Origin: a bacterium
Lineage (GTDB): Bacteria > Methylomirabilota > Methylomirabilia > CAVQYV01
Length of the DNA stretch: 31,507 nt
Assembly (NCBI GenBank): GCA_043800755.1
Contig: JAZDMQ010000164.1
Location: 1-31,507, forward strand
Direction: 5' to 3'
Shown: positions 19,530 to 28,626 of the stretch, piece by piece
How positions within the stretch are numbered: position 1 is the first letter of the stretch
How the letters are laid out: every line of letters starts with the position of its first letter
Made by a program: the position numbers and the translations under genes
The notes under the pieces: model-generated
The model's database searches: none
The model's input: the letters and a program-made list of their open reading frames with translations, nothing else
Told to the model about the DNA's origin: nothing

Positions 19530-21265
19530 GGAATTCGGAGATCACCAAGACCTTTTACGAGATGGCCGACCTCTTGGAGATCAAGGGGGAAAACCCCTTC
19601 AAGGTCAGGGCCTATCAAAGGGCGGCGCAGAACATCGAAAGCCTGGCCGAAGAGCTGTCGGAGATCGCAGATCGGGGGGAGCTGGAGGGGATCCCCGGCA
19701 TCGGGAAGGACCTGGCCCAGAAGATCTCCGAGATGATTCAGACCAATCGATTGGAGGCCTTTGAGGTTCTCAAACAGGAGATCCCGGAGGGCCTCCTGGA
19801 GCTGGTGAGCATCCCTGGATTGGGCCCCAAGAAGACCAAGGTGCTCTACGACCAGATGGGGATCAAGAGCATCCAGGGGCTGGAGGAGGCGGCGAGGGGG
19901 GATCGGCTCAGAGATTTGCCCGGGTTCGGATTGAAGACCGAGCAGAACCTGCTGGCGGGCATCGAATTGGTGCGCAGGGGCCGGGAACGGATGCTGCTGG
20001 GCAGGGCCCTCCCCCTCGCCCAGGCGATGATGACCGGCCTCAAGGCGATGCCCGAGGTGGACCAGATCAGCGAGGCAGGGAGCCTGCGGCGGCGGCGGGA
20101 GACCATCCGGGACATTGACCTCCTCATCACCTCTTCCGATCCCGAGAGGGTGATGGAGGCCTTTACCTCGTTGTCGCCGGTGGAGGAGGTCCTGGCCAGA
20201 GGGAGCACCAAGGCCTCAGTGCGCACCCACGAGGGGATCCAGGTGGATCTGCGGGTGGTGGAGCCGGATACCTACGGGGCGGCCCTGGCCTATTTTACCG
20301 GATCCAAGGCTCACAACATCCGCTTGCGGGAGATGGCCAATCGGGCAGGGTTAAAGGTTTCCGAATACGGGGTCTTCCGGGAGAAGGATCAGGCGCGGGT
20401 GGCGGGGAGGACGGAAGAGGAGGTCTATCGAACCCTCGGTCTGCCCTACATCCCGCCGGAGTTGCGGGAAGATCGAGGGGAGATCGAGGCGGCCCTGGCG
20501 GGCCGACTTCCTCATCTGGTGGAGCTGACAGAGATACGGGGGGATCTTCACTGCCACAGCCAATGGAGCGACGGGGGCCACCCCATTAAAGAGGTGGCGG
20601 AGGCCGCCCGCAAAAGGGGATACGCCTATCTTGCCATCACCGACCATTCCCAGTCTCTGGGTATTGCCCGGGGGCTTTCCCCGGAGTCCTTGGAGAAGCA
20701 GTTGCGGGAGATTGCCCTCCTGAATCAGCAGGTGAAGGGTTTCTACATCCTCTCCGGCACCGAGGTCGATATCCGCAAGGATGGCTCCCTGGATCTTCCG
20801 GATGAGATCCTCTCTCGCTTGGAGGTGGTGGTGGCCTCGGTGCATTCCTCTTTCAAGCAGGGCCGGGAGACCATGACCGCCCGCATCATCCGGGCCATGC
20901 AGAATCCCTATGTGACCATCCTGGGACACCCCACCGGCAGGCTCTTAGGTGAGCGGGAGGCCTATGAGATCGACCTGGATCAGGTGATCAGGGCGGCGCG
21001 CGACACCGGGACCTGTCTGGAGATCAACGCCTTCCCCCAGCGCCTGGACCTCGATGATATCCACTGCAAGCGGGCCAGGGAGCTGGGGGTGATGATGGCC
21101 ATCGGAACCGATGCCCACACCAACAGTCAGATGGAGACCATGGCCCTGGGGCTGGCGGTGGCGAGGAGGGGGTGGCTGGAGAGGAATGATCTGCTGAATA
21201 CGATGAGCCGGGACGATCTGCTCCCCCGCCTGTGGGCCAAGAGGAATGGGAGGAGAAGGACGTGA
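19526..21265 (+). CDS. polX: DNA polymerase X / PHP 3'-5' exonuclease
   Basis: ENPFKVRAY, HhH motifs (IPGIG, IPGLGPKK), GSLRR..ETIRDID, VDLR, YFTGS; PHP HCHSQWSDG, TDH, GHPTGR, TDAH; TTG start. Confidence 0.96.
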   Translation: MRNSEITKTFYEMADLLEIKGENPFKVRAYQRAAQNIESLAEELSEIADRGELEGIPGIGKDLAQKISEMIQTNRLEAFEVLKQEIPEGLLELVSIPGLGPKKTKVLYDQMGIKSIQGLEEAARGDRLRDLPGFGLKTEQNLLAGIELVRRGRERMLLGRALPLAQAMMTGLKAMPEVDQISEAGSLRRRRETIRDIDLLITSSDPERVMEAFTSLSPVEEVLARGSTKASVRTHEGIQVDLRVVEPDTYGAALAYFTGSKAHNIRLREMANRAGLKVSEYGVFREKDQARVAGRTEEEVYRTLGLPYIPPELREDRGEIEAALAGRLPHLVELTEIRGDLHCHSQWSDGGHPIKEVAEAARKRGYAYLAITDHSQSLGIARGLSPESLEKQLREIALLNQQVKGFYILSGTEVDIRKDGSLDLPDEILSRLEVVVASVHSSFKQGRETMTARIIRAMQNPYVTILGHPTGRLLGEREAYEIDLDQVIRAARDTGTCLEINAFPQRLDLDDIHCKRARELGVMMAIGTDAHTNSQMETMALGLAVARRGWLERNDLLNTMSRDDLLPRLWAKRNGRRRT

Positions 21266-21362
21266 AGGGGAAGCCGGGCCGTGCGGTGAGAAGGGATCGG
21301 GCATGGGATGGGCGATGGGAAGGCCGCAGGTGCCTGTCCCCAAAAAGGAGGGAGGTGCGATT

Positions 21363-21602
21363 GTGTCCACGAAGGCCTATATCTTGATCGATGTGATGGT
21401 GGGCCGAACCAAGGAGGTCTTGAAGGCCCTGGTCGGCATGGGGGGGGTCAAGTCGGTCGATGCGGTCACTGGCCCTCACGACCTCATCGCCATGGTGGAG
21501 GGAGAGGACTTGAAAAGCCTGGGCGAGGTGGTTCTCTCTCAGATCCGGGGGGTCAAGGGGGTGATCCGCACCTTGACCTGCATGGTGATTGAGGTCGATT
21601 GA
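21363..21602 (+). CDS. Stand-alone Lrp/AsnC ligand-binding domain protein
   Basis: 79 aa KAYILI...V..VTGPHDLIA.VE...I....GV.RTLTC; no HTH; GTG start after GGAGG. Confidence 0.88.
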   Translation: MSTKAYILIDVMVGRTKEVLKALVGMGGVKSVDAVTGPHDLIAMVEGEDLKSLGEVVLSQIRGVKGVIRTLTCMVIEVD

Positions 21603-21605
21603 GCC

Positions 21606-22220
21606 GTGGGGGTGAAGAATCTATTGCTGACCGGCAAGCCCGGGGTGGGAAAGACCACCATTGTGCGGGCCGTCCTGAGCTCACTGAAAGTGGAGGCAGG
21701 GGGCTTCTTCACCCAGGAGATCCGGGAGGAGGGCCAGCGGGTTGGTTTTCAGCTCTGTGAGTTGGGGGGAAAGGAGGGCCTTCTGGCCCACACCTCCCTC
21801 GCAAGCCCCCACCGGGTAGGGCGATACGGGGTGCAGATCGAGACCATGGAAGAGATCGCCCTCCCTGCCCTGCGCAAGGCCATTGCCGGCAAGGATCTGG
21901 TGGTCATCGATGAGATCGGGCGAATGGAGCTTTTTTGTCCGGCCTTTCTGGAGGCGATTCTCTTGGCCCTGGAATCCCCCAAGCCGGTCCTGGGTGTGTT
22001 GCAGGAGCGCGCCTCTCCCCTCTCCCAAAGGATCAAGCGGAGGCAGGATACGAAGATCATCCCGGTGACCCTTGAGAATCGCGACCAGCTCGTGGAGGTC
22101 ATTTTGCAGGAACTGGAGGGCCATCTGGATATCCCTGGCGAGAGCGGAGGGGTGAGAGGCAAGGGCCTGGAGCCGAATGATGCGAAGCAAGAGGCAGATC
22201 GGGCTGGTCCCCTTAGGTAA
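21606..22220 (+). CDS. THEP1-like nucleoside-triphosphatase (NTPase_1 family)
   Basis: LLTGKPGVGKTT Walker A, GGFFTQEIRE.G.RVGF, VVIDEIGRMEL Walker B. Confidence 0.92.
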   Translation: MGVKNLLLTGKPGVGKTTIVRAVLSSLKVEAGGFFTQEIREEGQRVGFQLCELGGKEGLLAHTSLASPHRVGRYGVQIETMEEIALPALRKAIAGKDLVVIDEIGRMELFCPAFLEAILLALESPKPVLGVLQERASPLSQRIKRRQDTKIIPVTLENRDQLVEVILQELEGHLDIPGESGGVRGKGLEPNDAKQEADRAGPLR

Positions 22221-22752
22221 GATCCAGGAGAAGGCCCTGATGGATTCTCTCGCCCTCGGGCTGGCAGAGACCTATGGCCGCCAGGTGGAAATCCCGCCCG
22301 CTTTCCCCTCGCCCCGGTATGCCCTGGATGAAAGGAGGGGGCAATATGGCTCCACTGCCATTCTCACCCGGCTGTGGCGGGCCTGCGGGGGGGTCTATGA
22401 CCGGACCCTGGGCATCACCGAGGTAGATCTTTTCATCCCTTCGTTGAATTTCGTCTTTGGGGAAGCCGACCTCATCCATAAGGTGGCGGTCATCTCTCTA
22501 TTTCGGCTGCGCCCGGAGAACTATGGCCAATCCGCCGACCCCAGGCTCTTGCAGGAGAGGGCCTTGAAGGAGGCGATCCACGAGCTGGGCCACACCTTTT
22601 CCCTGATGCACTGTGCCCATTATCGCTGCGTGATGCATTTCTCCAATAGCTTATCCGATACCGATCGCAAGAGTCGTCAGTTCTGCCGGCGTTGCCAGGA
22701 GTCGCTGGCGGCTGCCTTGGGTACTGATCCTCGCCAAGGAGAGAGGAGATGA
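22177..22752 (+). CDS. Archaemetzincin-family Zn metalloprotease (M54)
   Basis: R.QY, DLFIPSLNFVFGEA, HELGHTFSLMHC, CVMHFSNS..DTDRK...FC..C. Confidence 0.92.
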   Translation: MMRSKRQIGLVPLGKIQEKALMDSLALGLAETYGRQVEIPPAFPSPRYALDERRGQYGSTAILTRLWRACGGVYDRTLGITEVDLFIPSLNFVFGEADLIHKVAVISLFRLRPENYGQSADPRLLQERALKEAIHELGHTFSLMHCAHYRCVMHFSNSLSDTDRKSRQFCRRCQESLAAALGTDPRQGERR

Positions 22753-24736
22753 GCACAATGGCAAAAGTTTTTGCCCTGTTGGTTTCGGCACTCCTTCTAT
22801 TCCTTCCTTCCATTGCCTCAGCGCAGGCTGTCCCCGGGGAGAGATCCCTCTCTACTGGGAGAGGATCGAGGTGGAGTTCGAGGTCCTTAAAGATGGATCT
22901 CTCGCCATCGCCGAGCGACTCGAATATGTCTTTGACGGGGCCTGGCGAGGAGGCTATCGGGTCCTGTCTTTGGACAAGCTGGATTCCATCTCGGACATCG
23001 AGATGGGGGAGGGAGAGCAGCGCTATCAAGCCGGTGGGCTCGCCAAGTACCAATACCAGCTGAGCAAGGTGAAAAAGGGACTGGAGGTGAAATGGCGCTG
23101 CCGGGATGACGATGAGCCGCCTTTCTCCAATGCCCGCAGGACCTTCTGGCTGCGCTACCGGGTCCAGGGGGGCCTGAATTACCGTCGGGACTTCGATGAG
23201 CTTCGTTGGAAGGCGATCTTCGAGGATCGGGATGCGATCGTGCGGCACGGGAGGGTCCGGGTCCATCTTCCGGCCCCAGTGGAGAAGGAGCGACTGCGAG
23301 GGGATCTGTTCACCGGATCTCAATCCTCCCGCCTCTTCCGTCTCGATGATCAGACCGTGGCCTTCGAGGGAGAAGATATCCCTCCCCATGCGCTCTTCGA
23401 GGTCCTGCTTCAGTTCCCGGCCGGCCTGGTGGAGCGGCATTTCTATTGGGGACGCTTCCTCAAGGAGAGGGTGGGCCCCATCCTGCCGCTCTTCTTGCCC
23501 CTGACCGCCTTCCTGGCCCTTTTTCTTCTCTTCTGGCAGAAGGGCCGGGACTATCGGGTGGAGGAGGTGGCCAGCTACCTGAGAGAGCCACCCTCCCAGC
23601 TGCCGCCGGCCCTGGCCGGGGCGCTGGTCGACGAGAAGGCGGACATGAAGGAGATTCTGGCCACCATTGCGGATCTGGGCCGGCGGGGATACCTGGAGAT
23701 GACGGACAAAAAGGCCGGCCAATGGCTCTTCTCCAAGTCGGATCTGGAGCTGACCCTGCGCAAGGCCCCGGATCAGGCCCTGCTCCCCTTCGAGCGGGAA
23801 CTGCTGGGCTACCTCTTCTCCGAGGGCCGGGAGGGGAGCAAGATCAGCCTGTCGGACCTGAAGAACGCCTTCTATCGACACCTCCCCTCCCTCAAAGATC
23901 AGATCTACGGGACGGCCTTGAGCGAGGGCTTCTTCGAGAAGGACCCCCGCAAGGTGGTCCGCAGGTATGTGCTGGTGGGCATCCTCCTCATGATCCCGGG
24001 CCTGATCCTGGTCGGGCTCGACAACCCGCCCGTGGCCTTCATCGCCTTCTGGGCCATGGGATTCACCGGGATCCCTGCCTTTGCCCTCTTCAAGAGCGCG
24101 AGGGAGGGCAGTTGGGGAAAGGTCATCTTCCTCTCCGTCTTTGTCTTGATCGGCTCGTCAGTAGCCCTTACCGCCATCCCCCTCCTGCTGATGGAATCTG
24201 AGCTCGGATGGACGGGAAGGGTCGGCCTGGGCCTCCTCCTCTCCGTCCCCCTGTTCTTCGCCTTCGCCCCGGCCATGCCCCGCAGGACGATCAAGGGATC
24301 GAGGGAAAAAAAGGCCAGATGGGCCGCTTTCCTCCGCTACCTCAAGGAGGTGAAGGAATTCCGCGACCAGGCCACCGGGGCGGAGATCTACGAGCGCTAC
24401 CTCCCCTACGCCATTGCCTTCGGGGTGGAGAAGGAGTGGACCTCCCGCTTCGCCGCCCTGGAGGTGGCGCCCCCGGCCTGGTATCACTCCCACTATTACG
24501 GGGATCGAGACTGGACCGACTCTCCGACCTTTCGCACCGGACACGGGGGGTCGGGCTCGGGAGAGGGCGTTCATGTGTCCACCCTCCAGGGCATGAGCGA
24601 CAGCCTGTTTAGTTCTCTGAACTCTTTATCCTCGGCCCTTTGCTCCTCTCCCTCCAGCAGCGGCAGTGGCGGCAGCGGCAGCGGAGGGGGCGGGGGCGGA
24701 GGAGGTGGAGGCGGAGGAGGCGGCGGTGGCTGGTAA
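22749..24736 (+). pseudogene. DUF2207-family membrane protein, frameshifted just after the signal peptide
   Basis: Signal peptide in frame 22749; mature domain (LYWERIEVEFEVLKDGSL...PPALAGALVDE...ATIADL..RGYL...YERYLPYAIAFG...Gly-rich W end) in frame 22871; removing 2 nt from CTCTCT at 22848-22853 joins them into 661 aa. Confidence 0.8.
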
Positions 24737-25214
24737 GGTGGCAGGGGCCATCCTCTTCTTGGTGGGGCTCGCGGCGGCGGGATTTCTGGCAGCGGGCCTG
24801 TTCGAGGGGAAGTTGCAGGCCTCCGGCTTCATGTTGGGGGCGATCCTCTTCGTCATTCCTTTCTTCGCCGGAGGGATCTATCTGCTTTGGAAGTCCTCCC
24901 AGGAGGCCAGGGAGGGCCAGAGGGTCGCCAGGGAAAAGGAGATCCTCTCCATGATCGAGGTGAAGGGCCGGGTCAAGATCGCCGATCTCTGCCTCGATCT
25001 GCATCTCGATCGGCCCACGGTAGAGGCCCTGCTGCGCGACCTGGTGGGAAAAGGGCTCTTTGCCGGCTCCATCAATTGGCAAGAGGGGATACTGGTCAGC
25101 GTCGAGGCCAAGTCCTTTACCCAGGCCAAGTGTCCCCACTGCGGCGGGGAGCTGCAGATTGTGGGCAAGGGCCTGGTCCGCTGCTCCTATTGCGGCTCCG
25201 AGATCTATCGGTAG
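24726..25214 (+). CDS. Two-TM membrane protein with winged-helix/PCI-like domain and C-terminal Zn ribbon
   Basis: Two hydrophobic helices, then G.VKIADL...L.DLVGKGLF.GSINW..G.L, then CPHCG...CSYCG; GTG at 24726 after GGAGGAGG. Confidence 0.75.
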   Translation: MAGKVAGAILFLVGLAAAGFLAAGLFEGKLQASGFMLGAILFVIPFFAGGIYLLWKSSQEAREGQRVAREKEILSMIEVKGRVKIADLCLDLHLDRPTVEALLRDLVGKGLFAGSINWQEGILVSVEAKSFTQAKCPHCGGELQIVGKGLVRCSYCGSEIYR

Positions 25215-25239
25215 TCGATGCCTCTATCAGGCAGGGCTT

Positions 25240-25962
25240 ATGCCTTCCCCATGGGTCAAGATCGGTACCTGCGGTCCTGCAAACCAAAGGTACGAATATT
25301 ACGAGCAATTCTCGGTGGTAGAGGTCCAGCAGACCTTCTATCAACCCCCTCGCTTGCAGACGGCGCTCAGATGGCGGCAGGAGGCGCCTTTGAGCTTCGA
25401 ATTCAGCCTAAAGGCCTGGCAGCTCATCACCCATGAACCCTCCTCCCCCACCTATCGCCGACTGAGGCACCCCATCCCTGCGAACCAAAGGGGGCGCTAC
25501 GGCTCTTTTCGGCTCAGCGACGAGGTCCTGGAGGCCTGGGCGGTCACCGAGGAGATCGCCCGGGCCCTAAGGGCGCGGGTCATCCTCTTCCAAACCCCGG
25601 CCAGCTTTGATCTCAGCCCTAACAACCAGGAGATGATGCGTTCCTTCTTTCGCAGGATCGACCGGCGCGATTATCTGCTGGTCTGGGAGCCGAGGGGGGG
25701 GTGGCCCGAGCAGGAGGTCGAGGACCTCTGCCGGGAACTGGACCTGATCCACGGCGTGGACCCCTTCCGGGATCGCCCACTGGCGGGCTCGATCCGCTAT
25801 TTCCGCCTGCACGGGAAAGACGGCTACCGGTATCGCTATACCGACGCCGATCTGGCGTGGCTGAAAGATGAGATCGATTCGGGCAAGATGACCTACCTGA
25901 TGTTCAACAACCTTTCTATGGCCCAGGATGCAGAACGACTGCAACAGATGCTCAATGGGTAA
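25240..25962 (+). CDS. DUF72 domain protein
   Basis: KIGTCG, VEVQQTFYQPP, F.FSLKAWQLITH, LFQTPASF, WEPRG.W, YFRLHG, FNN. Confidence 0.9.
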   Translation: MPSPWVKIGTCGPANQRYEYYEQFSVVEVQQTFYQPPRLQTALRWRQEAPLSFEFSLKAWQLITHEPSSPTYRRLRHPIPANQRGRYGSFRLSDEVLEAWAVTEEIARALRARVILFQTPASFDLSPNNQEMMRSFFRRIDRRDYLLVWEPRGGWPEQEVEDLCRELDLIHGVDPFRDRPLAGSIRYFRLHGKDGYRYRYTDADLAWLKDEIDSGKMTYLMFNNLSMAQDAERLQQMLNG

Positions 25963-26788
25963 TCCCCTCCAGGTGCGAGAGACCCAGGCCAGATCCATTC
26001 TCAACAAGTCGGGTATCTCGGACTTCACGGTCAATTGTTATTTGGGCTGTCAGCACGGGTGCCGCTACTGCTACGCCCGCTTCATGACCCGCTTCAATCC
26101 CCATCGAGAGGCCTGGGGGGACTTCGTGGATGTGAAGGTCAATGCCCCGGCCATCCTGGAGCGACAGGTCAAGCGGGCGCCCAAGGGCCGGGTCTTCATC
26201 AGCTCGGTCTGCGATCCCTATCAGCCCCTGGAATTAAGGTATGGCCTGACGCGGGCCTGCCTTCAGATCCTCCTCGCCCATGGCTACCCAATCATCTTCC
26301 TCACCAAGTCGGCGCTGGCCTCGCGAGATCTCGACCTCATGGCTTCTTCTCCGGACCTGGAATTGGGGGTCACAGTGACCACGGCCGACGAGGGCCTGCG
26401 TCGCCTGATCGAGCCGGGGGCCTCCCCCACCGAAGAGCGCCTGGCACTCCTTGAGCAGGCGAAGGCGAAGGGGATCCAGATTTACGCCTTTCTGGGCCCC
26501 TTCCTTCCGGGCCTCTCCGATACCGATGAAAACCTCTCTCATCTCATCGAGCGAATCGCCAGGATCGGCGTCGCCTATTGCTATGCCGATATCTTGAATC
26601 CTCGGCCTCAGGTCTGGTCCTCCCTTAAAGGCCTCCTGGAAAAACATTTCCCCGAACAGGTTGCATCCACGGGCCGAATCCTCTATAATCAAAGAGCGAG
26701 AGATCTCTACCAGCAGGCCATCCGGGAACGGATACTGCGATTCGCGCAGAGAGCAGGCCTGAAAGGAGAGATCCATTTCTGCTTCTGA
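25955..26788 (+). CDS. SplB/Rv2578c-like radical SAM protein
   Basis: SILNKS, N.Y.GCQHGCRYCYA, ISSVCDPYQPLE, LTKS....RDLD, EPGA....RL. Confidence 0.88.
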   Translation: MGNPLQVRETQARSILNKSGISDFTVNCYLGCQHGCRYCYARFMTRFNPHREAWGDFVDVKVNAPAILERQVKRAPKGRVFISSVCDPYQPLELRYGLTRACLQILLAHGYPIIFLTKSALASRDLDLMASSPDLELGVTVTTADEGLRRLIEPGASPTEERLALLEQAKAKGIQIYAFLGPFLPGLSDTDENLSHLIERIARIGVAYCYADILNPRPQVWSSLKGLLEKHFPEQVASTGRILYNQRARDLYQQAIRERILRFAQRAGLKGEIHFCF

Positions 26789-26851
26789 AGGATTTTTGCC
26801 CGCGGCCTCGAAGAGGGCTTTCTACGGCCACCAGACAAAGGAGACAGCATA

Positions 26852-27640
26852 ATGCTGAATGTGGAAGACCTTAACCAGCAGGGCGTCGAGATCGATCGGC
26901 TGCTGCGCCTGAAAACCTATCCCATTGCCGTCAAGATGCTGCAAAAGAAGGAGGATATCCCGGTCGGGGCCAAGCAGCCGGCCAAGGACTTAGGGTACCA
27001 TCTCGCCCTCTGTCAGGCAATCTCTCAAGCCCGCCGGCAGGGCAGGTCGATCGCCTTGCTGAAGGAGGACATGTGGTGCTTTGAGCCGGTCCTCGGGTTG
27101 GGGATGGCCGAGATCCCGGAATACTTCCTGGAAGGATATAACCGTTATCCTGGGTCTGCCCGGACCCTGGAGGCAGGCCGCACCTGGGCCCAATCCTTTC
27201 CCCACCTGGAGGCCGGAAGGTATATCGGGGTCTCGGTGGCTCCCCTGGCCACCGCCAATTTTCTGCCGGATCTCTTCATGCTTTACACCGATGGCTCGCA
27301 GCTGACGCAGTTGCTCCTCGCCAAGAACTGGATGGATGGCCGGGATATCACCTCCACCCTGTCCGGACATGCGGCGTGCGTGTATGCCATGGTACCGGTG
27401 CTGCAGGACCGACAATTTCAGATTGCGGTGCCTTGCTTCGGAGATCGCCGGAGGGGATTGGCCTCCGACGAGGAGAACATCTTCTCCGGGCCCATCGAAT
27501 TGTTGGAGGAGCTCGTGGCAGGGCTCTCCCATTTCAAAGAGATCGGGGAGGGCCTCCCTATGCCCCACCTGATGCTGACCGAATACAAGCTGCGCGATGC
27601 CTATGTGAAGATCGGAAGAATGATAGGGATGGAGGTATGA
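26852..27640 (+). CDS. DUF169 domain protein
   Basis: LRLKTYPIAVK, LCQAISQAR, WC....GLG, APL....F.PD, PCFGDRR. Confidence 0.85.
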   Translation: MLNVEDLNQQGVEIDRLLRLKTYPIAVKMLQKKEDIPVGAKQPAKDLGYHLALCQAISQARRQGRSIALLKEDMWCFEPVLGLGMAEIPEYFLEGYNRYPGSARTLEAGRTWAQSFPHLEAGRYIGVSVAPLATANFLPDLFMLYTDGSQLTQLLLAKNWMDGRDITSTLSGHAACVYAMVPVLQDRQFQIAVPCFGDRRRGLASDEENIFSGPIELLEELVAGLSHFKEIGEGLPMPHLMLTEYKLRDAYVKIGRMIGMEV

Positions 27641-28557
27641 GCCTCTTCAGTCCTGAGCAGTCCGCGATCCTGAAGCGTCAGCGGGCGGGATTGGACCGGG
27701 AGATCAGGAAGATTTGGGCGATTGCGGCCCTGCTCTTTAGTCTCGGGTTGGTCCTCTGGGCCCCGTATCCAGGGCCGATCTATCTGATGGGGCCTGGCCT
27801 GGCCCACGCCGAGCCCCAGCGGCAAGATCCCTCCCACGCCCCCCCTCCTAAGATAGGCCGCATGGGGAAGGATCAATCCGAAATGGTATTGATCCCTGCC
27901 GGGGAGTTCATCATGGGCGACGATAAAGCAGATCCTGACGAGAGGCCGGCCCACAAGGTCGTTCTGGATGCCTACTGGATCGATCGCTATGAGGTGACCC
28001 ATGGGCAGTATATGAGGTTCATGGCGGAGACCCATTGCCCTCCCCCCGCCTCCTGGAATATTCCCAAGCTGAGCGATCTGGATCAGCCGGTGGTGGGGGT
28101 AACCTGGGAGGAGGCGGCCGCCTTTGCTAAATGGGCGGGCAAGCGGCTTCCCACCGAGGCCGAGTGGGAGAAGGCCGCCCGGGGAGATGGAAAGGGGTCC
28201 GGATTCAACCTCTATCCCTGGGGATCCCAGTGGGATGAGAAGAAGGCCAATTCCGCCGAGACGGCCCTGGGGAGGACGGTTAGGGTGAAGGAGCTTCCGG
28301 AGGGGGCGAGCCCCTTCGGGGTCCTCCACATGGCGGGGAATGCGGCAGAGTGGGTGGGGGACTGGTATGCTGTGGACTATTATAGCAAAGCCCCTAGGGA
28401 GAACCCGAAGGGCCCGGACCAGGGGACCTGGAGGGTGGTCCGGGGAGGGGGCTGGTGGTGCAAGTCCGAACACTGCCAGGTGACGGATCGGAGGAAGGAG
28501 CCTCCCACTGCCCGCAACTCCTCCATTGGTTTCCGCTGCGCCATGGATGCGAAGTGA
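27637..28557 (+). CDS. Formylglycine-generating-enzyme (SUMF1) fold protein with N-terminal TM/signal segment
   Basis: MVLIPAGEFIMG, E.PAH.V, YEVT, RLPTEAEWEKAARG, MAGNAAEW, RVVRGG, IGFRC; ATG overlaps the DUF169 stop (ATGA). Confidence 0.9.
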   Translation: MSLFSPEQSAILKRQRAGLDREIRKIWAIAALLFSLGLVLWAPYPGPIYLMGPGLAHAEPQRQDPSHAPPPKIGRMGKDQSEMVLIPAGEFIMGDDKADPDERPAHKVVLDAYWIDRYEVTHGQYMRFMAETHCPPPASWNIPKLSDLDQPVVGVTWEEAAAFAKWAGKRLPTEAEWEKAARGDGKGSGFNLYPWGSQWDEKKANSAETALGRTVRVKELPEGASPFGVLHMAGNAAEWVGDWYAVDYYSKAPRENPKGPDQGTWRVVRGGGWWCKSEHCQVTDRRKEPPTARNSSIGFRCAMDAK

Positions 28558-28597
28558 TCGCAGAAGGCCGGCCCCGTCGATGCCTTCACCGGAGGAG

Positions 28598-28625
28598 GGG
28601 TCAAAAAAATTGGGTCAAAAAAATT
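28598..28625 (+). repeat. 14-bp tandem duplication GGGTCAAAAAAATT x2
   Basis: Exact copies at 28598-28611 and 28612-28625. Confidence 0.9.
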
Positions 28626-28626
28626 G

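Noticed and set aside
22749..23063. 104-aa ORF as an independent gene
   Set aside because: Only the first ~34 codons look real (signal peptide); the rest is out-of-frame DUF2207 sequence
22490..23881. 463-aa minus-strand ORF
   Set aside because: Antisense shadow of the archaemetzincin and DUF2207 genes; no motifs
24655..24733. GGC/GGA-rich repeat tract
   Set aside because: Encodes the Gly/Ser-rich tail that is normal for DUF2207 proteins
27376..27636. 87-aa N-terminal extension of the FGE-fold ORF
   Set aside because: Overlaps DUF169 in another frame; ATG 27637 is the coupled (ATGA) start
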